Translations under genes and position numbers: made by a program
Notes under the pieces: model-generated
The model's database searches: none
What the model was told of the DNA's origin: nothing
The model's input: the letters and a program-made list of their open reading frames with translations, nothing else
Origin: Octopus bimaculoides
Taxonomy: Eukaryota
DNA: 64,000 nucleotides
Direction of reading: 5' to 3'
NCBI RefSeq assembly: GCF_001194135.2
Contig: NC_069000.1
Coordinates: 28,706,543-28,770,542, forward strand
Shown: piece by piece, positions 11,640 through 25,086 of the stretch
Layout of the letters: every line of letters starts with the position of its first letter
How positions within the stretch are numbered: the stretch's first letter is position 1

Positions 11640-12765
11640 ATTATGCATACACAGCTCAATCAGAACTTAGTTTCACCAAGATGGGCGAATTTTCTTAAGA
11701 ACAGTATATCACCAGTTATCTTGGTCATTTGTAATCAAATCCAGCTGTTTCAAGGACCTGAGGTCAGCCTCCGTTATCTTATCCCATGTCTCCATGGATC
11801 TCCTTCATCCACAAATTCCACATTAAGATGTTGGCACTTCTTTATACAGCTGCCCTCATCCATACACATCACATGTCCAGACCAGTGCAGTCTTCAATCC
11901 TGCACACTATATCTGATTCCTCTTATGCCCCCACCTTTTTTCTAAGCACATTTGTATGGTCTTTTATGCATACTTACATTGCAGATAAACCATGCTTGCT
12001 TCATTTCTTTCAAGCCCTTTCCAATCCTCTGCATTCAAGGCCCATGTCTCACTACCGTGCAACAATTCTAACACACTAAAACATTATACAATCTGCCATT
12101 TACTCTGGGAAAAAGACAAAGGTGGGGGAAAAAAAACCTTTGTTATCAGCAGCAGAATTTTCTCCAACCTGTTCTTACTTTAACTACAATATTTTCAAAG
12201 TTAATTACATGTCCAAGGTAACAAAAGCTATCAACCACTTCTAATGAGTTATCTGGTCATTTAAGAGGATCTATTTTTGGTGTGCTCACAGTAATACTGT
12301 TCTAGTGCATTTATTACATATTTACATTCTCTGACAATCTGCCTGTGATTTCACAACATGACTAGCGTGCCCATAGCCTACATTGGGTTACAGTGTATAG
12401 AGTTTATACCTACTGCTTTTCCACATTTCAAACAAAACCATTTCCCTGAAGGCACCATGTTCCTGTCTTCTTTCTTACTTATTAAAAGCTTTGTCTTTAC
12501 TCAGTTTACCATAAACCTCTTGATTCTAGGCTTAGTTTCCATGCCTGGAATTTCATCTCTAATTCCTCTATGGATTTAGCTATGAGAACTAGATCATCAA
12601 CATATACAAGTTCCCATGGATATCGATGAATACCTCTGTGATGGCCTGTAAGACTATGATAAGTAAGAGAGGACTGAGAAATGAGCTGCTAAATTCATTA
12701 CTGAAATCGTTGACTCTCACTTTACCCACTGCAACTTTGTTCATAGCTTGTGCAGCCAACACACA
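11640..12765 (-). mobile_element. RTE-clade LINE remnant (RT domain to C-terminus)
   Basis: LSPLLLIIVLQAITE, ELVY(A)DDLVLIA, RVNGRLYN...HGSETWALNAED, RRLHWSGHVMCMDEGSCIKKC in shifting frames. Confidence 0.85.
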
Positions 12766-13723
12766 TATATATATATATATATACATAAAGATTGCCTTTT
12801 GATATTAATACTGCTTCCATCACTAATATCTATTTTTCAATAAACCTGCTGGCTACTTGCAACATCAGTGACTGATAAGTTATTCTCTATATTGTTGACA
12901 GTGAGATTTGGCTGGCATGTGATGAGTGGACACCTGTCACTGAGGAAGTGCAGTACACTGAAATCACATGATCTGGCATCCATGCTAGACAGTTTTCGTC
13001 TGTTAAATATCTAATCAGTGAGTGTCCATTTTCTCAATGAACATAGACACATGCACAATAAAATGAAAATAAAAGTAAATAAAACAAATAGAAATAAAAG
13101 GTGAAAATGGTGTAGAAAGAAGGGCGTGTGACTGATTGATTGGCCAAACAGTTGCAATATATATCCACTGACACTGACATGAAACTAAATATTTAGCTCT
13201 CAAATTATCACTTTTTCTCTTTTATTTCTCTCTTCAATTCTTCCTTCTTCTCTTTTACATCTATTTAAAACGGAATTTTGTAAAGGATACTTTCATTAAC
13301 ATTGTAACATAAACATTTGCCTTTCATTTTTTGTTTTGTTGTTTAAGAGGAATAGAGAAGAATTTGGAAAAAGGATACCCATAATAGATTTCATCAATTT
13401 TTGAAAAAAACATTTTTTTTTTTTGTACTGAAAAGCAATCCACCCTTTAGTAGGGGTAAACCAATTCGAAATTTGATAACGACCTTGATAATATATCCAG
13501 GGTGTTCCAACTGGGCAGTGTTGGATGTTATATAATATATCAATTTCAAGAAAACTTGATATTTTAGCTTCCACAGGTGTATATACAAAAATAGCATATG
13601 ACAAGTACACCTTTATTTTCACATGTGATATTTGAAGAATGTCAGTTGAGACTTGCTTGTTGAGATGCCAAAGTTAAGAAAACAAGTTCAGTCCTTGCTA
13701 GCAGCATGCACTGCAATCATCCA

Positions 13724-14184
13724 TGCTATAATCTGAGGGAGGTCAAAGACTGAATGAAGAGCATTTGTGATATAAAGTTCCTGTTGTTGTTGCTTATCCC
13801 CAAATTGTTCCTGATTAAATAAAACTGATCAAAGGTGTCCTAGCTATGATCATCTCTGAAAGAGCCTCTATATAGTTGCTGGATCTGCTAGAAACTGCAG
13901 CCAAATCTCCCTCAAATCATATTCTAATATCATAAAAAAAAAAGGAAAGACACATTGGTTAAAAGTAATTTTTAAATAGACTGTTCGGAGTGAGGTGGGG
14001 AAGAGAGATGATCACAGCTAGGACACTTTTGATCAGTTCTATTTAATCAGGGACAATTTGGGGATAAGCAACAACAACAGAAACTTGATGTGTATAATGT
14101 TTATGCCAGTCAATATGGTGTAATGCTGCAATTCTATATCACAAATGCTCTTCATTCAGTCTTTGACCTCCCCCAGATTATAGC
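13724..14184. repeat. Long inverted-repeat element (family D-related palindromic repeat with extended arms)
   Basis: Left 13724-13858 is the reverse complement of 14005-14184 apart from a ~45-nt insertion in the right arm; centre has gatctgctagaaactgcagccaaatctccctcaaatca. Confidence 0.75.
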
Positions 14185-14749
14185 ACCTAGGACCACATTA
14201 ATGTATTCTTAATTTATTTTAAGATGATAGGTGTGATTTTATTGAGATTTAGCTGCTAGTTCTTGCAGGCTGAGGATTTCATGTAGGCTCACTGTTTGTC
14301 AAATTGTATAGCATGACGATTGGCAAAGTTCATCTATGGATAATCCTTGATTTTCGATTTTTACTAACATTAAGAAATAACCAAAAGACAGTATTCATGC
14401 ATTTATCCTTTCTGGCTAGTCATAACAGGATGTCAGTAATCAATGATTAATTTTCATCTTAGAATTTTGAGTAGTAAAGAAATTCTTTCAATCTACATTA
14501 ATTTTTTATGCTAGCATATATTGGAAGGTTACTTACTAAGGCAGAATTTTTACACCTAGAAGCTATTCCTGTCACCAGCTCTGACATGTTTTTCAAGTAA
14601 GGAATTTTTTACTTCATTGCTCTTCAAATGAGATGAGCTAGCTGCATAGGATATTGCTTATGGTGAATGTAAACACATTACCTATTTGCCAGAAGATGTC
14701 ATGTGAAGTCAAGGAATATAAACATTAATGGACACATGCATGCACACAC

Positions 14750-14905
14750 ACACGGGCTTCTAAACAGTCTGTATTCAACCAATTTCACTCACAGTCGCTA
14801 TAAGGCTAAACTAGAAGATACTTGCTGAAGTTGTCATGCAGTGGGATAGAACCTGAAACCTGTGGTTATAAAACAAATTCTGTATCCACACAGTAATGCC
14901 TGCAT
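14750..14905 (-). mobile_element. SINE family A head, degraded
   Basis: cgggcttctaaacagtctg...gaagatacttgc...gggatagaacctgaaacc. Confidence 0.6.
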
Positions 14906-15729
14906 CTAGTTAGTTAAACATTTTAGAACTCTGAGCAATAGTTGAGGAAAAAAAGTTGAAAAGAAACAAAAAAATGAAATTCATTTAAAATTTCACCATT
15001 TGAAGAGAGCAAATTGGTAATTGTTAGAATATCAAAGAAAATGGTACTATAACAAAATGCATAAGTACTATGGGTATGCAAAACAAATAGAATAAAAAAG
15101 TATTATAGCCAATTAAATTTCAATTATGTTTACATTGCATACTGGCTTATAAATTATTATTTTTAGTATTATTAGTATTTGGATATTTCAGTTCAAGAAA
15201 GAATTTTTTTTTCTATGAAGAAAATAGAGTGAATAAATATTGTACATTCCTGTTACCATTTCTAAACAAGGCAACTACTAACTTCTCCTAAGGGAAAGAT
15301 TATTCTTGATGACAAGTGATTGCCAACATTAAACACGCGAGCACACACACATACACACACACACAGACAGACAGACAGACACACACACACACACACACAC
15401 AAATACATATGTATGTGATGCATGTATGTATACACATAAATACTAATGAATATATGTATATAAAACACAAACAAAAAATACATTATTATATAAATACACA
15501 AGTTATTTAATACATAAATAAACAAGACATAAACATATGTGTGTTTATATTAGAAGTTATGAAGTTATTTTCTTTATATATATTTATATATATTAATTTA
15601 TGTTTATTTAAAATAAATGTTATACACTGGAATTTTATTTCATTTATGAAATATTTGAAACTCTGAACGGAATATGAATTGAGATTTGGGATTTATTATT
15701 ATTATTGTTGTTGTTGTTGTTGTCGTCGT

Positions 15730-17045
15730 TCACTTCACTTCTGATTTATCTAGGTCTATGTCAAGTCTCAATTCCATCCTGCAGCTTTGAGATGCAACAT
15801 TTTCCACAACAGAGGAGCTGTTTCATGCATTGCTGAAAACTGAATACTTTTTAAGTTTGTTATTTGTAGCTTTTGATGCCAGAATATCGCTCTTTTTGAG
15901 ATGGTCCCAAGCGCACTAATCACAATAGGTACCACACTCACTTTTGAGGTTCTATGGATCTTTTTCAATTCCAATCCTAGGTCTTGTTACTTCGTGACTT
16001 TCTCATCATCTGTCTTCACAATACTCTGGTCTGCAAGTATAGCTACATAGATGAAGATCCATTCTTTGGACTCCTCCAGTAGTAGAATGATACCTGGTTG
16101 GTTATGATGCAGCTTTTTGTCTGTGTATTGGCATGTGAGTTTCACCTCATCATTCTCTCCAACTGGCAAAGATTGGTGCTCAGACCAATTGTTGAAATAT
16201 TTTAGCCCATACTTCTTAGTTTGTCGTGGCCTTTTTTGTTCTCCTTTTGGGATAGTTTTCAGCATCCACTTACTATCTGACTAAGTCTCAGGTGATTTTC
16301 CAATCTACACAAAAGTGATATTGATGTCTTATCAATACTACATTTAATTGAGTTAGTAGATAAAGCTTGTTCTTGAGCAATAACAATCAGTCCTTCCATC
16401 TCCTTTTTAAAAAAATGCCATAACCATCTCCAGGAGTCTTCATTGGCTTCATCTGCTGTTTGTTGGAAAAACTATCCTTGTAGGACTTTCTCTTTCCAGT
16501 TGATGATCCTTTGCTAATTAGTCCTCATTTGTACTACTGAAGAGTCTCACCATTGTTACTGATCACCTTCTCACTCAGTGCAACCTTCAACATTCCTTCA
16601 TCACTATTCCTCAGAAAGGCATGCATGGATTTGATCTCACTCACAACACTATCTTCTGTTCCAACCAATCCTCTTCCACTTTCCTTCCTAGATGAGTATA
16701 GCCTTGCTACATTATTTCTAGTACAAAGGTACTCATGCATAGCCATTATTTTCCTAGTGTTTCTGTCATATTGACCAGTTCTTCTGTCCATTCCACAACT
16801 CCTGCATAGTAATGTATCACACCTACAGCTCACGTGTTGATACCTCTAATCAGGTTCCCTCCATTTAGTTTAGTCCTAGCTAACTTTGTAACTCTTCTGG
16901 TATATTCAGAAGAAATGTTCTCTTTCATCTTAGTGTACAGCATCTGGCCCAGTTGTAATATACCAAAATACTTGTAACCCTCTCTGTTAACTTATCTGTT
17001 CATCATTTGGAAGTTGTACTCTACTGTTATCTACTTTTTACTCTC
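15730..17045 (-). mobile_element. R4/Dong-type (restriction-like endonuclease) non-LTR retrotransposon, 3' part
   Basis: EGYKYFGIL, RNNVARLYSSRKESGRGLV, EGLIVIAQEQALSTN, HNQPGII, IYVAILADQSIVKTDDEKVTK, VVPIVISALG; 3' end gaagtgaagtgaa followed by (CAA)n(TAA)n at 15693-15729. Confidence 0.85.
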
Positions 17046-18240
17046 TCCTGAGCTACCCTGTCATGTCATTGCAAGTATTCTGTTGTGCCATTCAACCACA
17101 TCCAAAGATTATGCAGTCAATTGCCTCCGGATGTTCTCTGCATACATGATACATTGGGCTACTTTCATGTTTCAGAACATTACACTGGTAATTCCTAGCT
17201 GGAAGGCACTGGCCCAGAGTGGAAATAATATACCCCACTAGTTTCTGGCTTAAGACCAGAGTATGTCAGCCACAGATAGGTAAGGGTCCCAGGCTCTAAT
17301 CAAATATTTACCATCCAGTGGGATGGAGGCTGATCTGTTTGGTTATATTCTTCATTTGTTTTGCCTTTTCAGTTGGGAATACATTTTCTTCAGGTACTGG
17401 TTCATCTAGCTGCATTTCTTCAAAGTATATTATTGCATTTTCACTACTAAATGCAACTTTTTGATACCTTCATGTTCCAGAATTAGATTTGACATCCAAT
17501 CATTTGCTTGTTGCAGGTATGTGGAAGGTCCCATGGTTGTAAATTTTCGTTGTGAGTTAAAATTGTATTAATTCTTGACTGCCTTCGTTCCTTGGCAGGT
17601 GTATTCAGTTTGTGTCTGCTTCTGAGTGATGCATATGATGCATTGTTATCAGCTTTCAGATTTTGGTGTCAACCTGGCTGATCTCAGAGATGGACCAATA
17701 CAGGTATGACTAATATGTTTTTGGTCAACTCAGTTTTCAGAATAGCTTTTACTCTGCAATAGCATTCCTTTCTTATTATCTTTTCACTTACTAGTAAGTG
17801 CTTAATTCCATCTCTTTCACAAATACCTAAATACTTATGAATGCTCTGAAGTTTTAATTCTTTTTTGTTATCTCTATCTAGGGTGATGCTGTATGTGTTT
17901 GAAATTTTTTCCATAATAAATGTAACCATGGTCAAATCCAAACTCCATTTTGATGCCATCAATAAACTGTTTAACCGTGAAGGAATGCTTGCAGTTGTTG
18001 ATCATTTTCTGCAAAAAGTTTTAAGTCATATATATAGAGAAGATGGTTCTATGACACGAGATAAAAAAAATTCCTGATTATTAGTGAAATTTTGAATGTT
18101 TCTAGGCTGTGAGGAAGACTATCAAAAGCCTTTCTGTAGTCTATCCAGGCCTTTGAAAGATTTTTATCCTGTTGTGAACAATCAGCAAAAATCAATTTGT
18201 TATTAGTAGTTGATCCCTGCATTTACATAACCCACATTTA
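17046..18240 (-). mobile_element. Second R4/Dong-type non-LTR fragment (RT domain to CCHC/RHD region, endonuclease missing)
   Basis: DQLLITN, AWIDYRKAFDSLPH, GIKMEFG, LPRNEG, QCLPARNYQ, CREHPEAIDCIIFGC, HDRVAQ. Confidence 0.8.
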
Positions 18241-18748
18241 CATCCTTTTATTTCATCAAGGAAAATGTCTTTAACAAGGAAAGCATATGTACATTACATT
18301 GGGACAGATGTGATGATCATTCCTTCATTAAACAAACTCTTTATTTTGGACTACACTATCCAATATGTCTTATTTTAGTCAGTAGTATGTGATTTGAGAT
18401 CAGCTATTTTTAATATTCTGTGTTAGTGACCTAAAGTTAGTTATACTAAATGCAACCAAATTCTTGATTATTTTCAAAATTTATAGGAACCTAGCAACTG
18501 TATTTCATTAGAAATATGGTAAGAAAAAGATGAAATATGACATTGTTATGGGTAATGATAGATGACACAACCCTGGAGTTGCTAGCATCTTAGACAAGCT
18601 GACTTTCAGTATCCCTATAAGTGTAATTCTTAAAAACTTTTACAAAGAGGAGAAATTGCAAATATAGGAATAAAGTGTTTACTATAAAATATAAGCTAAG
18701 AGAACAGTTCAGATTCAAATCTTTTCACTGATATGACTGGGATGGGGG

Positions 18749-18802
<54 letters not shown>

Positions 18803-19059
18803 AAGAGAGAGAAATATATGCACATAACTGGCAGGTGGAGTGGGTGAAAGAAAGTACAAAGGGTTTCATCGATCATCTGTTGATGCAATGAATTTTTCCT
18901 AATAAAGAATATGAGAAAAAAAAAACATGCTAAAAAACATAAGTAATCCTAAAACATTTTTTCTTGATTTTAGAATAGCAAATATTTTCATAGTACTTTT
19001 TATATCTTTTTCTTTTTCTTTTCCATTTTACAAGATCATTTTCTATTGACAAAATTGTC

Positions 19060-19330
19060 AAAGAATTTAATCTGTCTTGTGTAAATATGTATTTAGAAGT
19101 TTTACTTCACTAAAGTATCTCACTGATATGGTCACGGTTATGGATATCAAAAGCATTATGTTAAAGCAACCCAGATTTGCCAAGATATCCTATAACTTAT
19201 TACTGTTGAAGAACATAATGGCTTCTATTGGAAGCATTACAGCTCCAAGAAACAAATATTCAACAATATTTAGTTCAGTTAAGAAATTACTTCTGTCAGT
19301 ATCACACAACAGTTAAAATAAGCTCAACTC
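19060..19330 (-). mobile_element. hAT transposase C-terminal dimerisation-domain remnant
   Basis: NKL*DILANLGCFNIMLLISITVTISVRYFSEVKLLNTYL resembles the hAT L...FPN..IALRILLTIPVTVASAERSFSKLKLIKTYL pattern. Confidence 0.6.
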
Positions 19331-19559
19331 CACTCAAGGAATTTTCCCATTATACGTTATTTTATTTATGCTACATGCTTCAGAGTACTATGTCATGAGG
19401 TACCTCCAAGCACAAAGTACTCTGGATAACTGCCTGGGATATTGGTGCCTTTAACAGGCCTTGATTTGGTAACGATTATTGTGAAAACTACAACTCATAT
19501 CCTCTAATTTGAAGCAGTTTATGAATAATTTGCTTGCTGAAATTAATCATTTCACAATA

Positions 19560-19679
19560 TTGGTTTCAAATTTTGGCATAAGGCCAGCAAGATTGGGCGT
19601 GGGGGGGGGGAGTCGATTATATCGATTCAAGTGCTCAACTGGTACTTATTTTATTAACCTTGAAATAATGAAGTTAACC
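19560..19679 (-). mobile_element. SINE family B, partial (runs into gap)
   Basis: aattttggcataaggccagc...gtgctcaactggtacttattttatt. Confidence 0.75.
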
Positions 19680-21615
19680 NNNNNNNNNNNNNNNNNNNNN
19701 NNNNNNNNNNNNNNNNNNNNNNNNNNNNNNNNNNNNNNNNNNNNNNNNNNNNNNNNNNNNNNNNNNNNNNNNNNNNNNNNNNNNNNNNNNNNNNNNNNNN
19801 NNNNNNNNNNNNNNNNNNNNNNNNNNNNNNNNNNNNNNNNNNNNNNNNNNNNNNNNNNNNNNNNNNNNNNNNNNNNNNNNNNNNNNNNNNNNNNNNNNNN
19901 NNNNNNNNNNNNNNNNNNNNNNNNNNNNNNNNNNNNNNNNNNNNNNNNNNNNNNNNNNNNNNNNNNNNNNNNNNNNNNNNNNNNNNNNNNNNNNNNNNNN
20001 NNNNNNNNNNNNNNNNNNNNNNNNNNNNNNNNNNNNNNNNTTTGCAATATTTGGGGTTATATTAATCGTGATTCATGCCTTAAAATTCAGGAGGTATAAT
20101 CTTGGGAGAAAAGAATCGGGGTAACTTTAATTCAGCACTCTTCTGTCTTTGATAATCAAAGACTTCAAAAATAGAAATAAAAACAAAAAATCATTTTCGC
20201 TTACAAAATAAGATTTTATCTTAACTCTTTTGATACCAACCTATTAGTTCTCTGAAACAAAACAACTCCCTTTAAACTTCATTTTTTATTTTGATTGAAA
20301 TCTTATATCATCAAATGTTATGTAAGAATCTCTTCTTAAGTTGCATTCCTAATACCAGCTTAATAATAGAACAATTCCTTATATTATTACATTTCTCCAA
20401 ATTCCAGATTATTTTCAAACTTATTGAAACACATAAGTAATCCTTAAAGTTGATCAAATTTGGCCAAAATTCATGAGAATAATCAGCAAATGAAAAATGG
20501 TCATATAAAATACCTGGGTTTTTTGTAGTGCTTTGAGGGGATACTACAAATTAATCAGAGAATTCAACAGATTATTAAGTCTGACCATACTCACAATGAG
20601 GGCTGGAATTTCAAAAGACCTATGTATGTTAAAAAAAAAGCATAATGTGAGAGTGTGTGTGTGCACGTGCACATGCGCACATGCATATATATGTGTGTAC
20701 ACACACTTTTCATAATGAATACATGTTTACATATTTTTTAATCAAGAATGGATGCACATGTAAATTATTCACAACAAAAAGTACCAGCTAGATGCTGAAG
20801 TCAATTTAAATTAACTGTTACCTCCTCCAAAACATGTGGCCTCTTGCCTACATTCAAAATAATAATTACTGGTGGCAGGACTGCAGGATTACCCCGTAGT
20901 ATTTATCTATATATCTTTACATTCTGAGTTCTAGTTCCACTAAGGTTAATTTAGTATTTAATTCCTACAGGACCAAAAAGAAAAATGTACCAGCAATATA
21001 CTATGGATTGATTCATTTGAATATACTCTTCCATTAATTTTTGACCTTATGTTAATATTAGAAGACCTTATTTATCAGTTATCAAATTTATGTATCCAGC
21101 ATCAGTTATCTGAGGCTTAGGGACTGCATTAAGAACAACAATATCATCAACAGAAACCCACAGTGGGAGGCACCTACCATCCTATTAAAACATAGATTTC
21201 TCCAGATTATTGTTGTTGCTGTTGTATAATATCTTTGGCTAGGAACAAGTTGGATTATTTACAGCATCTGATAAGCTATTAAAGAGAAAATACCCAACTG
21301 AAACATGTCTTTATAAACAAGGGAAATCAAGATAAGAAACTGAATAAAACTAATGATTATTATCATATAACCCCACTCCACCCTGCACCACACCATCTTC
21401 CCGCACGCAGTTCAACCTCCATAACCCACCACCACCACTACTGATGCTGCCATCATGGTTAAGAAGTTTGCTTCAAACATTCACATAGTTCCAGGTTCTA
21501 TTACATTGCACAACAACTTAGCCATCCTGATAGCATGAAAGACAATGCTAATCTTGGTGGAATCTGAATTCAGAATGTAAAGGATCAAAATTGGTACATT
21601 ACCATTTCACCACCT

Positions 21616-21840
21616 TTAACCTATTAGCATTTAAACTGACCATATCCAGCCAAAATAATCTATCTGCTTTATCTTCATCTGGCCAGATCTGGACTCTCAC
21701 ACCTATCCTACAATATTATTCTAAAAATAAACAATCACATAATTGAAATCTCAAAGCTACAAGGTAATGTATGACTAATTCACATCAATGTGAATAAATA
21801 AACATTAGATTTGACAGAGAAATCTGAATGCTTAAGGGTT
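21616..21840 (+). mobile_element. TTAA-type (piggyBac-like) MITE
   Basis: ttaacctattagcatttaaac...ctgaatgcttaagggtt. Confidence 0.75.
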
Positions 21841-21899
21841 GCAGGGGATAAATAATGATTTCTTATATAAACAAGAAAGTACCAGGTGTTAGATATGTA

Positions 21900-22440
21900 T
21901 GGAATGGGATTCAATGATGTTCACCTTTACACAAGAGCCTTAGCAATAGCATTATCAGGTGATTGACATAATTTAACAGCCAAGTATTGGAATCAGTATG
22001 CTGGGAACCCATCAAAACATTCAATGAAAGAAATAGCTGTTTAGCTCGTAGTCAGCCCTCATCTAATAAACTTATAATTAAAAGCATTACTTCCATGACC
22101 ACCTCATGTTCTGTGTATCTAGGACTACATGAGTCAATGTGTGTTGTCTTTCCTCAAGACAGTAGTGGTGTCATTTGAGAAAGATTTGGTTCCCAGTAGT
22201 TTCTAATTTTGTCATTACCAAGGACTCCATTTTATTAAAATGAGTTTTCCACTGGTCCCAAATTTTGGGTAGTCAACAAATTTGTGACTAAGCTTACAGA
22301 CTCCTAGCACTACTTTTGTGGCTCTTCTTCTAGTAGACCTACTATTAAAGGCAGTCCAGCTTTCATTCATAAGTCTGTTTGATCATGACTGATATGTGGC
22401 TAAAGAACAATAACAACCATTTGCTCAGTCATTTCACTTC
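21900..22440 (-). mobile_element. Possible ancient RTE-like LINE remnant
   Basis: LRAKQLFLSLNVLMGSQHTDSNTWLL loosely resembles LRAHLF...VLPAL.YASETW; many stops. Confidence 0.25.
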
Positions 22441-22982
22441 TACCAGTCATTTCNNNNNNNNNNNNNNNNNNNNNNNNNNNNNNNNNNNNNNNNNNNNNNN
22501 NNNNNNNNNNNNNNNNNNNNNNNNNNNNNNNNNNNNNNNNNNNNNNNNNNNNNNNNNNNNNNNNNNNNNNNNNNNNNNNNNNNNNNNNNNNNNNNNNNNN
22601 NNNNNNNNNNNNNNNNNNNNNNNNNNNNNNNNNNNNNNNNNNNNNNNNNNNNNNNNNNNNNNNNNNNNNNNNNNNNNNNNNNNNNNNNNNNNNNNNNNNN
22701 NNNNNNNNNNNNNNNNNNNNNNNNNNNNNNNNNNNNNNNNNNNNNNNNNNNNNNNNNNNNNNNNNNNNNNNNNNNNNNNNNNNNNNNNNNNNNNNNNNNN
22801 NNNNNNNNNNNNNNNNNNNNNNNNNNNNNNNNNNNNNNNNNNNNNNNNNNNNNNNNNNNNNNNNNNNNNNNNTTATGTGTACTCAGAATCAAGAAATTTA
22901 AAACTCCTAAAATTATGTTTTTATAATGAGTAAAATTGGAGGCATTAAATAAATTAAATTAATAAAAACATATGCATACAGA

Positions 22983-23047
22983 TGGTGGTGGTGGTGGTGG
23001 TGGTGGTAGTGATGGTGGTGGTGGTGGTGATGGTAATGGTGGTGGTG
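22983..23047. repeat. (GGT)n microsatellite
   Basis: Direct reading. Confidence 0.9.
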
Positions 23048-24884
23048 ATGAAATATACTGAATATAGTTTACTTAATTATTAAGTTTATTAGAATATAAT
23101 ATGAAAACTAAGTTAAATAACAGACATTGGCACTGTGAAATTTGATACAATGGTATAAATGCATATTTGTTGAAGTTGAATACAATGTCAGTGGGGTTTA
23201 GTGTAAAAAAATACTGGTTTCTTAAGGATAGGCAAAAAAAAGACACCCAATATGTTATTATTTAGTCTTAGGTCAGCTTTGATCAAGCAGATCAATTAAT
23301 CAAAAGTTTAATCCATCCATTTTTTTTTTTTTTTTTTTTTGCAAGCGTAGTTTATTTAGGACTACATTGTCCTATAGCCTTCCATGTAGCATGTAAGTTC
23401 AAGATTTGGCAGATCAAACAACCAAATGTAGACTCCCATATTGACTCACTTATGCTCTGTTGTTTATTTAACTCCTGAATTAATACTGATTAAGTAAAGA
23501 CCTTATTATCACAGGTGTCCCAACCAAACCCATCTCATTTCTTTTTTCTCAAACATCCAATGCTTCCTTCCTTTATTAAGATGATAGAATATGATTTGAG
23601 GAAAATATGAAGGCTCCCTCATTTTCTTGACTGTAAACAAGTTACCACCAAAATCAGTGACTCAGTTTCAATTCTCAACTAAAACTGCTTCACTCAATTT
23701 ATACTGCCTGGGCCAAAGGCGAGGTCTTGACTTATATTTGTTAGAAAAAGTGGCCAAATGTCCCCCAATCCCTTGTTGGTGCCTCCAGAAAAATAGGAGA
23801 AAGTAACATGGATATATCAAATGATAGGTTTACTATGCTAAACACTTTTGATCAAAAGTCTGCTGATTGAGGCTGAAACTGAGCTTAAACAATTACAAAA
23901 ACTTTAGTTAGAAACACTTCTGGGAAAGGCATGAATGTCATAGCCTCTAAATTCCCTTCTCCTAAATCCACCCACCAAACTTCCTAATTATTACTTTTAT
24001 TATTAGCTATTAGCTTTTATGACTCATTAAGTATATAGAAACACATTGGTATTCATAAAGAAAACATGCCACCGTTCAACACTGTTCACTGAGTCTAATT
24101 AATTAAAGGCATTACAAACTTTGATTAGGAAAGGGGAAAGTTTTTAATTTTCTGTCGCCTACTAATTAATTGGTTTCAGAGTGATAAACCAGCTATGCAA
24201 TTTTGTATGAGAGAGAGAGGCATGAGAAAGAGAAACAGAGAGGTGGGGGCAGATAGACAGAATGAGGATTAATAGAAAAGGAGTGAGTAAGTGTGAGAGA
24301 GGCAGATGATGTGAGAAAGATCGGAAGTATGAGAGAGAGGGAGAGAGATCTTTTCTACCATAGAAAGTCAACATATCACAACTTCCCTTTGGGTACAGTA
24401 GGAGGAAAAAGGAAATATAGAAGTGGGTTGAAGATTGGGTAAGAAAGGGTAGAAAGATTAGAAAGTACATACAGGATAGAAGACTGAAGAAAGCTAAGCA
24501 GTGGAAGAGAAGGTAAGAGAGGAAGAGGGGGAGGAAGGGGAGGAGGAGGAGGAAGGAGAGGAGAGGAGAATAATGTTGTGGAGGGGAAAGCTTTAACTAT
24601 CATTTTGGCCAAGGGTCAACCTTGATTGAACAAATCTATCCTCAATAACATTACAATTTTTTTAAGGATATCTAGGAATAGGTGGTTGCAGAAATTTACT
24701 TCATAATTGAAGGCTCAGAGTTGAACTTCAAGGTCGACCTGATTGTGAGAGAAAGTGGGCAGATGCATTGCACCAGTAATTCAAAGGTCCATCTTTGTAA
24801 TAGTGTCCCATGCTGATTCAACCTGAAATCTACATTAAAAGTAGAAATGATAGTGAAATACTCAGGATCTCACATGTTATATTT

Positions 24885-25075
24885 AGATTTCAAATTCTGG
24901 CACAAAGTCAGCAATTTCAGGAGCGGGAGTGAGTCTGTTACATTGACCTCAGCCCTCAACTGGTACTTATTTTATCAACCACAAAAGAATGAAAGGTAAA
25001 GTCAACCTTGGTGGAATCTAAACTCAGAACGTAAACATGAACAAAATGCTGCTAAGCATTTTGCCCAGCATGAGC
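24885..25075 (-). mobile_element. SINE family B
   Basis: aattctggcacaaagtcagc...aactggtacttattttatc...ctcagaacgtaaac...gctaagcattttgccc. Confidence 0.8.
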
Positions 25076-25086
25076 TTTTGTTTTTA

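Noticed and set aside
24162-24612. Pro/Leu/Ser-rich ORFs
   Set aside because: Purine-rich low-complexity DNA; compositional artefact.
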